Shown here: in pieces, positions 16,597-24,360 of the stretch
Layout of the letters: every line of letters begins with the position of its first letter
Position numbering within the stretch: the stretch's first letter is position 1
Assembly (NCBI GenBank): GCA_002293365.1
Contig: DBDD01000334.1
Coordinates: 1-41,598, forward strand
Direction of reading: 5' to 3'
From: Christensenella sp. UBA941
GTDB lineage: Bacteria; Bacillota; Clostridia; Christensenellales; UBA941
Length of the DNA: 41,598 bases
Translations under genes and position numbers: made by a program
The notes under the pieces: model-generated
Database searches by the model: none
The model's input: only the letters and a program-made list of their open reading frames with translations
What the model was told of the DNA's origin: nothing

Positions 16597-17007
16597 CTAA
16601 AGCTCCACGATCCTCGTCGAGTTTTTTCTGACTCGCGCGATGTCGTCTTTTGGGATAATCAGTGTATCGAGCGCTTGCCTGTACAGGTCGATCAGCCGTA
16701 CAATTTCTGCGTCCATAAGCCCGCCCAAGTCTTCCAGAATAGCGTCCGTCTCGGGTCTTGTCATGCTTTTGTGGTTTTTTCGGAACGCATAATAGAACAG
16801 GTCGGGAAGGCCACCGGCAACATAATCCGTGACCTCGCCAAACTTGAATTTCCGGTCTTCGGCGTGCTTGATGGATTCGCGACTGAAATCAAGGATATAT
16901 GCCTTGCCCGCCTTGGGTTCGATTACCTTCATCGGATTTATGCGCTTTTTCTCGTCGGGAACGACCTTGATCTCCGTAACAGGATTCGTGGTTTCTTCCG
17001 CAGCCAT
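16597..17007 (-). CDS. tail assembly chaperone G
   Basis: 136-aa ORF between the major tail and tape measure genes. RBS AAGGAG. Confidence 0.7.
   Translation of the reverse strand: MAAEETTNPVTEIKVVPDEKKRINPMKVIEPKAGKAYILDFSRESIKHAEDRKFKFGEVTDYVAGGLPDLFYYAFRKNHKSMTRPETDAILEDLGGLMDAEIVRLIDLYRQALDTLIIPKDDIARVRKNSTRIVEL
16621..16627 (-). promoter_or_regulatory. -1 programmed ribosomal frameshift slippery heptamer A-AAA-AAC
   Basis: The zero frame reads AGA AAA AAC, 8 codons before the G stop. The -1 frame continues into the T ORF. Confidence 0.65.
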
Positions 17008-17040
17008 ATAGAAATATCTCCTTATAAATTATTGCGCTAA

Positions 17041-17059
17041 GGGGCCGATACACGGCCCC
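17041..17059 (-). terminator. hairpin after the major tail protein gene (attenuator/partial terminator candidate)
   Basis: GGGGCCG-5 nt-CGGCCCC, a 7-bp GC stem. The U-tract is poor. Confidence 0.4.
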
Positions 17060-17077
17060 GCGTGTATATGCTTGTCC

Positions 17078-17548
17078 CTACGCCGCCGTCGGCTTCGCGG
17101 CCCAGCCGCCAATGTCGTTCGGCGCGATGTACGCCGTGATCTGCAAACCGGCGTTGACCTCGATTGCTGCAAGGCCCAGCGGAGAAGGTTGCCCCGCAAA
17201 GTAGAACGCCCGCGACAGTTTCGGAATAACGACGGCAAACCACATCGAAAGACTTTCTTCGAGCGCCGATTCGTATTCGTCCACCAGAGCGTCCCAAGCC
17301 GTGTGAAATTCCTCTGTGTGATTCGCGCCGAAACCGATTGCCGAGCCAACGTCCTTCAAGCCGGTAATGTACCGCATGAATTCGGTTTCGGAGAGGTCGG
17401 TTACGTCAATGGTGTTCGGCTCCGGGTTGAAATCGGGAATCGACCGTATGTTCGATATCGTCCTGTACCCGGACGTAGGGCGAGTGCCGGACACGGTTTC
17501 CTTGCAGCATTGCAAAGTGATTCCGGCGGTAGACAGTTCGTTAGCCAT
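17078..17548 (-). CDS. major tail (tube) protein
   Basis: 156-aa ORF with RBS AAGGAGG. Position before the chaperones, and a hairpin after the gene. Confidence 0.7.
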   Translation of the reverse strand: MANELSTAGITLQCCKETVSGTRPTSGYRTISNIRSIPDFNPEPNTIDVTDLSETEFMRYITGLKDVGSAIGFGANHTEEFHTAWDALVDEYESALEESLSMWFAVVIPKLSRAFYFAGQPSPLGLAAIEVNAGLQITAYIAPNDIGGWAAKPTAA

Positions 17549-17738
17549 TGTTGCCCTCCTTCTTCGCGGCGGGGGTCGCGCTCTTAGGCGCTATCTCGCC
17601 CTTGCAGCGGACACAAACCGCGCTGCCCTTCGGCGTCCTCTTGCAGCCGCACGATTCGCAGTAGACGCAATCCTCCGGCGTCTCCTTGCGCTGCTTGTCT
17701 ATGAGCGCTTGGCGCTCTTTTGAGAGCTTCTTTGCCAT
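17541..17738 (-). CDS. small Cys-rich basic protein
   Basis: 65 aa containing CVYCESCGC...CVRCKG. RBS GGAGGA. Confidence 0.55.
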   Translation of the reverse strand: MAKKLSKERQALIDKQRKETPEDCVYCESCGCKRTPKGSAVCVRCKGEIAPKSATPAAKKEGNNG

Positions 17739-17747
17739 TCCATCCTC

Positions 17748-18149
17748 CTACTTCTGGTAAACTATCAGTTCATCCGAGATTTTCGCGCGCCATTTCGCGA
17801 CGCGACGGGCTATTTTTGAATCAGTGTTCGGTATGGGCGAGTTCATCATCCGCACAAATCCGAGCGACAACATTACTTCGTCTGCCGTGTTCATGATCGT
17901 GCGGGCTTGTGCTTTTCGCCCGGACACTAGGTTTGAATAAACTTCACCGACATACACAACCCAAGCGGCGTGATCGACTTTCTGGAAATCGTTCGAGTCA
18001 GCGTCCGTGTAGTTATCATCTTCCCAGAGCAGAAACGCCGGGAACGTTGCGGGAACGGCTTGTGCGTCGCCAGCCACGAATATGCCGGGGTGTTTCTCGC
18101 GCATTATCGGAGCCACTTTGTTGTAGACAAGGAGTTCGCAGTCAATCAT
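17748..18149 (-). CDS. head-tail joining / tail completion-type protein
   Basis: Likely ATG at 18149 (ATGA overlap with the HNH stop). The track ORF extends to 18209. Function inferred from position only. Confidence 0.5.
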   Translation of the reverse strand: MIDCELLVYNKVAPIMREKHPGIFVAGDAQAVPATFPAFLLWEDDNYTDADSNDFQKVDHAAWVVYVGEVYSNLVSGRKAQARTIMNTADEVMLSLGFVRMMNSPIPNTDSKIARRVAKWRAKISDELIVYQK

Positions 18150-18805
18150 TGTGCGCGCCTCATTCCGCTCGGTAGCGCGGGAGCAGTAACGGCCTCGATG
18201 GGATTCCATCCCTTCCGTATTCGATCTCGTGCCGTTTGCGGCTTAACCCCGCGCTCTTCCGCCCACTCTGCTACGGTCTTCTTCACACCGCCAATCTCCA
18301 CAACAATGTTCCTGCGGGTATTTCTGCAATTTATCTTTTGTGTTACCCAGCGGCAATTTGAAGGTTCGTAATCGCCGTCGTTATCCTCGCGGTCTAGCGT
18401 GCAAGCGCCGCGCTTGGCGTTGTCTTGATATCCATTGGCGAGTGCCCATTTGGCGAATTGTGAAAAATCGTGCCATTCTTCACAAACGGATATTCCACGT
18501 CCAACGTAATTCTTTGCCCCGCTCACGTTTGTGTTCGAGCAGCGCCCAATCATATTCATCCACACCCCGAACAAACGAGTATTTGTCATGCCGTGGGTTC
18601 GCCGTATATTGCCTATGGATTCTCTGTATAGGCACCCGCACGATTGGGTGTGGCCGCTCCTCAAGTCGCAGCTACTAACGACGCTTTCGTTCCCGCAATC
18701 GCACCGACACAACCAAAACGCTTTGCCGCCCCTTCTCGTCTCAACGTATGAGAGTACCGTTAAGCGCCCATACCTTTCGCCGGTTATGTCTATGCGTCTA
18801 CTCAC
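18146..18805 (-). CDS. HNH_3-type homing-endonuclease-like protein
   Basis: GRGISVCEEW...LDREDNDGDYEPSNCRWVTQKINCRN. Paralogue of 38695..39261. GTGA overlap with the upstream gene. Confidence 0.65.
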   Translation of the reverse strand: MSRRIDITGERYGRLTVLSYVETRRGGKAFWLCRCDCGNESVVSSCDLRSGHTQSCGCLYRESIGNIRRTHGMTNTRLFGVWMNMIGRCSNTNVSGAKNYVGRGISVCEEWHDFSQFAKWALANGYQDNAKRGACTLDREDNDGDYEPSNCRWVTQKINCRNTRRNIVVEIGGVKKTVAEWAEERGVKPQTARDRIRKGWNPIEAVTAPALPSGMRRAQ

Positions 18806-19335
18806 TTCACCCGCCCCCCAAAAACCTCTTTTGCGATTTGGTTGATACGCTGGCTCACTTCCATTACGGATTTATAGAGGGGCTGCTGCGCCGCTGTACC
18901 GCGAGTCTGCTTCAACTCGCCGTTCTCCTTGAATCTCCACGAGCGCCGCTTGCCCATTCCTTTGCCGTAGCTGCCGATGGTGAATCCGAGTTCGCCGCCT
19001 TTAGGGTGTTTCGACTGCCCAGCGGGGCCGCCGTGTGTGATGCCCGCGCCAAATTCAGCCCAAATTGCGTCTGCGCCACTCGCGACAACGATAGACACCT
19101 TCCCATCATCCTGCGCCGTAACCGTCACTTCCGCTTTCCGCGAACCGTCCGGGATTAAATCGTCAATCCATGCGCTGTCAAACCCCTTTTGCGCCGATTC
19201 GCATATTTCGTCGGCAATGCGTTTGCGCAATTCCGTACATTTGCCGGTCAGCCATTTTTTGTGCTGCTCGATGGCTTTTATGGCCGCGTCGATGCTCTTG
19301 GTGTCGAACAGATTGATGGCGATGGTCTTGTTCAC
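18802..19335 (-). CDS. head-tail connector-region protein (HK97 gp10-like by position)
   Basis: 177-aa ORF with GTGA overlap. Confidence 0.45.
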   Translation of the reverse strand: MNKTIAINLFDTKSIDAAIKAIEQHKKWLTGKCTELRKRIADEICESAQKGFDSAWIDDLIPDGSRKAEVTVTAQDDGKVSIVVASGADAIWAEFGAGITHGGPAGQSKHPKGGELGFTIGSYGKGMGKRRSWRFKENGELKQTRGTAAQQPLYKSVMEVSQRINQIAKEVFGGRVK

Positions 19336-19790
19336 GGCCCGTCACCCTCCGTCTCGCCCTCACCCGCTTCCGGTACTTCCGGCATGGTTGCGACGGTAGG
19401 GGCATACGACACGTTGACCTTGCGAATGGCGACGTAGCATTGGTTACGCGACGGCGAAATAAGATACACTTCGTAATCGTGCGGCAGAAGGTTTCCGCTT
19501 TCGTCTCGCGGCGGTTCACCGTTTACCAGATTGTCAACCCACAGCCTCGAAAGCTCTGTGAACGGGGCGTATCGGTCTTCGAGCAAGAACGTCTTATCGT
19601 AGTTTTCCGCTGCCCCGAACAACTCGATTACCGTTTCGCCCTTTGCCGACGAAATGGAAGCGTCGATCTTCGCGGGTTCGCTGTAGGTTATCTGGAAGCC
19701 AATTTCGTTGCCCCACTGGTCGTAAGCGATTTCGCCATGCTGCTGATTGGCGTACCATATGGGTTCCATGTTTTCGTCCATCAACCGCAT
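19332..19790 (-). CDS. head-tail connector-region protein
   Basis: 152-aa ORF in the connector block. Confidence 0.5.
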   Translation of the reverse strand: MRLMDENMEPIWYANQQHGEIAYDQWGNEIGFQITYSEPAKIDASISSAKGETVIELFGAAENYDKTFLLEDRYAPFTELSRLWVDNLVNGEPPRDESGNLLPHDYEVYLISPSRNQCYVAIRKVNVSYAPTVATMPEVPEAGEGETEGDGP

Positions 19791-19791
19791 A

Positions 19792-20118
19792 TCACGCGCC
19801 CCTGACTACGCCGCACATCGGCACGATATCTCGTAGCATCGACGCCGGAACGTCGCCATCTTCGTAGGCTCTGGTAACGCCCGGTTCTGTGTGGCCGGTT
19901 TCGCCGTCCGCGCCCCGCTTGTCCCAAAGGTAGGCCGCGATTCGGCATTGAAGCGTCTCGTATCGGGCGGGTACGGTGGTTTGACTGGAATCATACGGAT
20001 AAGCCCGCGCCAAAACCTTGTCAGCGGCCATAGCGAGATACGCGCCAAGCTTGGCCTTGTCCTCCGCTTTTACCGGCGTAAGGCTTTTGACAAATTCGAG
20101 CTTTTCCGCGTCCGACAT
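19792..20118 (-). CDS. gp6-like head-tail connector protein
   Basis: N-terminus MSDAEKLEFVKSLTPVKAEDKAKLGAYLAMAADKVLARAYPYD is typical of this family. RBS GGAGG. Confidence 0.6.
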   Translation of the reverse strand: MSDAEKLEFVKSLTPVKAEDKAKLGAYLAMAADKVLARAYPYDSSQTTVPARYETLQCRIAAYLWDKRGADGETGHTEPGVTRAYEDGDVPASMLRDIVPMCGVVRGA

Positions 20119-20120
20119 TC

Positions 20121-20390
20121 CTACCCCTCCGCGCCTTTTTCGGCCTCCGCGACTTTCTTCAAGAGCGTGTCGTCGCTCATGCTGTGGGCGTTCCGTAGCC
20201 CAAGCTCTTTTGCCCTGACATGCAAGGCTTCGCGGTCGATTTCGGTACGGGGCGGGTCGGGGTTGTTGTCGTCGCCGCCGCTGGAAGGAATAGGGTCAAC
20301 CGTTCGCGTCCAACCGCTATTCAGGAACGCCGCTAATTGCACGTCGTTTGTCAGTTTGACGGTTCTGCCGTCCTTGGTTGCGACAAACAT
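20121..20390 (-). CDS. small head-associated protein
   Basis: 89 aa directly after the capsid gene. RBS AAGGAGG. Confidence 0.55.
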   Translation of the reverse strand: MFVATKDGRTVKLTNDVQLAAFLNSGWTRTVDPIPSSGGDDNNPDPPRTEIDREALHVRAKELGLRNAHSMSDDTLLKKVAEAEKGAEG

Positions 20391-20399
20391 GTTGCCTCC

Positions 20400-21218
20400 T
20401 TACGCCGCTGCGGACGAGTAAATCGCGTTCTTCTTGCTTTCCAGAACGAAGCAATCGTAGTACACGCGCCCCTCAATGAGTACGCCGCTGATTCCGGGCG
20501 GGTCAACGTGGACGTGGAACTCGAACAGTTTCACCGGCGCAATCGCGGCTATCGGGTGCAAAAGCACAAACTGCTGATTGACCGGAAGGTAACTGGCCGG
20601 AACCGGGATAAGCGGTACGCCGTCAACCATGCCGAGCACACCCGCCGTGAGCATGTTCTGCGCCATATCGCCCTGCTTGATGAAGTTGTTGTCGAGCTTG
20701 AGCATGTTGTAGTACGCATAGGACATGTACGCGACGCGCCCGAATATCGGAACTTTCGCATTGCCCAACGCCTCCTGCCCAGCGAGGAACAGTTGGTAGG
20801 CGTTGCTTGCGGTAGCCGCCGTATCGTCGGTATTCGCTGCCGCCGCCGCGACGGTCGCGATGCGGTAGGTGTCCAGTTCCGGGATTATCTCTCTGTCAAC
20901 CTGACGGCGAAGTGCGCGCCCAGCGGCCTTTATGCCCATCTGGTCGATATCGTTACCCCGGTCAATCGTCGTGGTGAAAGCGCGGTCGCGGGAGAGCGTC
21001 AACGCTTGCTTGGTGTCCTGCAATTCGGCAGGAGTGCCGTAACGATTCGCGCCAGTGCGCGTATAATCGTTCATCGGCGACGTGGGGATGGAGTATACGT
21101 TGACGGTCTGTACGCCCGCCCAATCGTATTCACTGTTGAACGCGATATTGGTTACGGACGCAAGCGTGAATTGCTCGTCAACAATCGGAGAGTATTTTTC
21201 TGCGAGATTAACAGCCAT
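20400..21218 (-). CDS. major capsid protein
   Basis: 272 aa following the scaffold gene. Sequence looks typical of small siphovirus capsid proteins. Confidence 0.75.
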   Translation of the reverse strand: MAVNLAEKYSPIVDEQFTLASVTNIAFNSEYDWAGVQTVNVYSIPTSPMNDYTRTGANRYGTPAELQDTKQALTLSRDRAFTTTIDRGNDIDQMGIKAAGRALRRQVDREIIPELDTYRIATVAAAAANTDDTAATASNAYQLFLAGQEALGNAKVPIFGRVAYMSYAYYNMLKLDNNFIKQGDMAQNMLTAGVLGMVDGVPLIPVPASYLPVNQQFVLLHPIAAIAPVKLFEFHVHVDPPGISGVLIEGRVYYDCFVLESKKNAIYSSAAA

Positions 21219-21224
21219 AACTTC

Positions 21225-21836
21225 TTATCCTTTCCTGAACGCTTCGATGAATGGATCGAGCTGTTCTTTGTTTTTGCCGCCCGTTACGAGCTCCGGGCTT
21301 TCCTTCAAAACCGCTTCGCGTTCGGCCTTTCGGGCAGCGTCAACCGCCACTTTTACGACCGCCGCGATTTCTTTTGCGATAGATTCCGTCTTTTCGCCGT
21401 CTTCACCGGTAATCAGCTCGGATAGCGGCAAGTAATCATCCTCCGCAAGCCCCATGCCAGCCAAAGCCTGTTTAGCCTTTGCGCCCGACGAAAGCAGCCT
21501 GTACGTTTTTAGCTCTTCTGCCGCCTTTTGCCGATCTTCCTCTAGGAGCTGTTCTGCGCTTTTCGATGAACGCTTTAACGCTGAAAGCTCTTTCTTCGTG
21601 GCGTCCAAAGCGCCCTCTGCCGCTTTTTGCGCCTTAACGCTTGCCTCGACCTGTTTTCTAAGTTTTTCCATTTCGGCATTCATGGCCGATAGGTCGGGAG
21701 CTTCGGGCGCGGGGTCTGTCGCTACAGGGTCATCTACGGGCGCGGGATTCGGGTCTGCCGCTGCGGGGTCGCCGCCAGCCGCCCCGTCTGCCGCAAAAAG
21801 CTGTAGGTTCATGCGATAGGGCTTGTCCTTAAACAT
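21225..21836 (-). CDS. capsid scaffolding protein
   Basis: N-terminal NLQLFA motif and an Ala/Glu/Lys-rich coiled coil. Lies between the portal and capsid genes. Confidence 0.75.
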   Translation of the reverse strand: MFKDKPYRMNLQLFAADGAAGGDPAAADPNPAPVDDPVATDPAPEAPDLSAMNAEMEKLRKQVEASVKAQKAAEGALDATKKELSALKRSSKSAEQLLEEDRQKAAEELKTYRLLSSGAKAKQALAGMGLAEDDYLPLSELITGEDGEKTESIAKEIAAVVKVAVDAARKAEREAVLKESPELVTGGKNKEQLDPFIEAFRKG

Positions 21837-21878
21837 CTGTGTATCTCCTTGCGCTTTACGGCAGCGCCAGCCGCATAT

Positions 21879-23441
21879 TTAAGCCGCTGGGTTGCCGAGT
21901 TTTTCGACTTCGCTGGTCGCATCAACCGCTTGGCTCATTGCACCGTTATCATTAGGCGACGTTGCTTTCGCTTGGGCCGCTAAAAGCCGCTCCTGCGCCG
22001 CCAGATCCTTTTCGGCCTGTTCCTCCTGCCACTTCTTGCTTTTCAGCCAAACGGCGCTCGGATCGTTGAACATTTCGCAGTATTCGTAGGCATCTTCCGG
22101 GTTCACGCCGCAATCGAGCATCATTTTGAGTGTTTGGGCTTTCGTCTGCATCGCGTCTGATCTGTTGCGCGTAAACTTAATTCCGATATCGCGCAAGGTG
22201 ATATCGCCAATATCCACGTTCTGCGTATCGCGGCATATTTTCAAAACGAGTTTCAGATATTCCATTTCGGATTTCTTGAAAGACTTTTCCGTACTCATCG
22301 CGCGGGCTTCCGCTGCGCCCCAGCCGTTACGCAATACAACGGCCTGTCCTGTATCGCCGCCGCCTTGATTACGGTTTTGGCGGTCTGGTACGCCGCAAAT
22401 TTCGTAGATAGAGCGGAGAAGATCGTCTTTAGTAATCTGCGTTTGGTCTTGGTCGAGCTGCGCCACAAGATACTTCACATCGGAGGTTCCTTGACCATTG
22501 CCAACCTCGATAGCGTCACCCGATCTCGGGACGATTGGATTACCATCTTTATCCTTTGGCAACGTGCAATTTATAAAAACAAGTAGCGCCTGAACAAACT
22601 GCTCTATGGCGTCAATGCGATTACTGCCCGTCGTGTTAATGGCATTGAAAAGCCAAAAACACAATTCCACATAGCCCATGCGATTCTCGTTCAGAACGTA
22701 TTCGATTATGGGGATTCTGCCGTAAGCATGATTCTTTCGGGTTTTCGGCGCTGTCGTGGAGTAATCGGTGATTATGATTTCCGACTCCCAAATAAAATAC
22801 GTGCTGTCGGTAAAGAGATTGCATATATAGCGCGGCCCGCTCGTAATGTTTAAGCCTCGGTCGATGAACGCCCCGGCAAATAACGGCTCATGGCCTAGAC
22901 GGTTTGAATACACAATGAACGTCTCTCGCGGGTCGAGCACGTCCGAAAAATAAGGCGCATCATCAACCGTAACATTCCTTTTCGGGAGGCAGATTCGATA
23001 AGCGTTACCCGACTGGTAAAACCATTCCGCAAGCTCCAAATCCTTTGCCTCTTTGCCGTCGATGCGGGCGAAAGCATTCAAAAGGTCGATGGGCGCGATA
23101 TCCTTTTGCCCCGCGTTCGTATACTGGATGGGATGGGAAAACTCGTAGCCCTTCTTAAACTCGACGATCTCGAACGCACGATTTTCTACGACGATGTTTT
23201 TTATCTCCGGCCTAATTTCTTTTTTGCGGCTGATAACCGGTTGATCGCCGCGCGCAAACCAATGGAGATAATCTATTTCTGCCGCGTTGACCATATGGAG
23301 CGGCAAAACATCATTCAGAATCGCGCCTATGGTCTTGGCGGTCAGCCTTTCGGGAGGGTCGGCATAAAGAACACGCCGTCCATAAACACCGGGCGTCAAC
23401 GGTTCGTGATTATAGGCCGTTAGTGTGGGGATTCCCGGCAT
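21879..23441 (-). CDS. portal protein (SPP1 gp6-like)
   Basis: Likely ATG at 23441 after AAAGGAG. The track ORF extends to 23516. EIDYLHWFARGDQPVISRKKEIRPEIKNIVVENRAFEIVEFKKGY is portal-like. Confidence 0.85.
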   Translation of the reverse strand: MPGIPTLTAYNHEPLTPGVYGRRVLYADPPERLTAKTIGAILNDVLPLHMVNAAEIDYLHWFARGDQPVISRKKEIRPEIKNIVVENRAFEIVEFKKGYEFSHPIQYTNAGQKDIAPIDLLNAFARIDGKEAKDLELAEWFYQSGNAYRICLPKRNVTVDDAPYFSDVLDPRETFIVYSNRLGHEPLFAGAFIDRGLNITSGPRYICNLFTDSTYFIWESEIIITDYSTTAPKTRKNHAYGRIPIIEYVLNENRMGYVELCFWLFNAINTTGSNRIDAIEQFVQALLVFINCTLPKDKDGNPIVPRSGDAIEVGNGQGTSDVKYLVAQLDQDQTQITKDDLLRSIYEICGVPDRQNRNQGGGDTGQAVVLRNGWGAAEARAMSTEKSFKKSEMEYLKLVLKICRDTQNVDIGDITLRDIGIKFTRNRSDAMQTKAQTLKMMLDCGVNPEDAYEYCEMFNDPSAVWLKSKKWQEEQAEKDLAAQERLLAAQAKATSPNDNGAMSQAVDATSEVEKLGNPAA

Positions 23442-23528
23442 ACGACGCGCTCCTTTCTGCTGAAATACAAAAAGCCGACAACGCTGGTTTCCCAGCATCG
23501 TCGGCTCTCGGCTCATGGCGCTCGGCTC

Positions 23529-23726
23529 TTAGATATTAACCGTTATTTCACGCTTGCACCCTCGGCATTTAACCGAAAGATTCTGCACTTTTGTATCCTG
23601 CTCTACCGGGAATAATCGTTTCCCGCAGTACGGGCAGCAAAACCAATTGTCTACAATCAAATAGATTCCTTCTCTGCGAATATATTTGTTCACGCTCATT
23701 ATTGCATAAAATCTCATGCGCGTCAA
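23529..23726 (-). CDS. Cys_rich_KTR-type zinc-ribbon peptide (maximal ORF; true start probably internal)
   Basis: NWFCCPYCGKRLFPVEQDTKVQNLSVKCRGCKREITVNI. A TTG at 23660 follows GAAGGAA. The upstream part of the ORF overlaps a promoter-like sequence. Confidence 0.55.
   Translation of the reverse strand: MTRMRFYAIMSVNKYIRREGIYLIVDNWFCCPYCGKRLFPVEQDTKVQNLSVKCRGCKREITVNI
23698..23726 (-). promoter_or_regulatory. candidate promoter for the portal/head block
   Basis: Minus strand reads TTGACG-17 nt-AATAAT. Confidence 0.4.
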
Positions 23727-23787
23727 GCGATAAATCTATATGTTGTGTTTAACGTGAAACATAAGGCACAATATATTGATTTTCCTG

Positions 23788-23816
23788 TTGCGTTCGCGCC
23801 CAAAACACTGTATACT
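23788..23816 (+). promoter_or_regulatory. candidate plus-strand promoter of the non-coding unit
   Basis: TTGCGT-17 nt-TATACT. Confidence 0.45.
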
Positions 23817-23901
23817 TAAAGTGCGGTTTACCTCCTGAATGATGTCCGCTCCGTATTGCTCCTTTCGTGCGGGGCGGGCAACGTGTTATTAGTTCGTATA
23901 C

Positions 23902-23971
23902 GGGGTGTGGCTGGGCCTATCGCGTTGGTCAGCGCGTAGAAACTGCGGTTCAAATCCGTGGCACTCCACCA
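23902..23971 (+). ncRNA. tRNA-like module 1 (acceptor, T-arm and CCA present; no normal anticodon arm)
   Basis: Acceptor GGGGTGT/GCACTCC (5 Watson-Crick plus 2 GU). T-arm TGCGG-TTCAAAT-CCGTG. 3' ACCA. D-arm-like CGCG-TTGGTCAG-CGCG. Only 35 nt lie between the acceptor and the T stem. Confidence 0.45.
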
Positions 23972-24123
23972 GTGGCCGGGTAGCTCCCGGATGATTCGGG
24001 CGTAGCGGTTTACCCCGAAGAGAACAAAAATGCCCCGCCGAAAACGCGCTGATACGGACAGCCCCACCTCTTGCGAGTTGTACGGTTGCTCATGGCGCGA
24101 TAATCAAGCGGGGAACCGCACAT

Positions 24124-24199
24124 GCCAGTGTCGCCCAGTTGGCTAGGGAGGCCGTTTTGTAAGCGCAAAGCGGGGGTTCGAATCCCTCCACTGGCTCCA
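24124..24199 (+). tRNA. tRNA-like module 2; possible tRNA-Thr(UGU), but with a defective anticodon stem
   Basis: 76 nt with canonical spacing. Perfect acceptor GCCAGTG/CACTGGC. D-loop AGTTGGCTA. T-arm GGGGG-TTCGAAT-CCCTC. 3' TCCA. Loop TTTGTAA. Anticodon stem GCCGT/GCGCA pairs at only 3 of 5 positions. Confidence 0.45.
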
Positions 24200-24260
24200 C
24201 GCTTCCCTACCATGCGTAGGGCAAGTTGCTGAATACGCCGACAAAGCGTGTTCTGCAATC

Positions 24261-24326
24261 GCACATGTGGAAGTCGCGCCGGGGTTTAGCTGCCGGGGAA
24301 CGCGAGGGTATCGAACCAGCATGTGC
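24261..24326 (+). ncRNA. 66-nt multi-helix element
   Basis: Closing helix GCACATG/CATGTGC. Inner helices TCGCG/CGCGA and CCGG/CCGG. GGTATCGAACC is T-loop-like (GGTTCGATACC on the other strand). Confidence 0.35.
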
Positions 24327-24330
24327 TGAC

Positions 24331-24355
24331 CGCCGCGAAAGTGCGGCGCTTTTTA
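24331..24355 (+). terminator. intrinsic terminator (plus strand)
   Basis: CGCCGC-GAAAGT-GCGGCG followed by CTTTTTA. Confidence 0.65.
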
Positions 24356-24360
24356 TGCCG

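Noticed and set aside
20337-21425. 362-aa plus-strand ORF
   Set aside because: It lies antisense to the major capsid and scaffold genes, has an R/V-rich composition and has no RBS. The minus-strand genes have strong RBSs and recognisable products.
23902-24199. Idea that tRNA-like module 1 is the tRNA-like domain of a phage tmRNA
   Set aside because: Module 1 resembles a tmRNA tRNA-like domain (acceptor plus T-arm, no anticodon arm). However, its two acceptor strands are only 70 nt apart. I also found no tag-like reading frame ending in a typical ...ALAA-stop nearby. The idea is kept only as a model to test with Infernal.
23828-24264. Minus-strand ORFs 23828..24067 (79 aa) and 24010..24264 (84 aa) in the terL-portal gap
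   Set aside because: They are Arg-rich, have non-protein-like sequences and lack an RBS at the starts. They lie antisense to the tRNA-like modules. The region is better explained as RNA.
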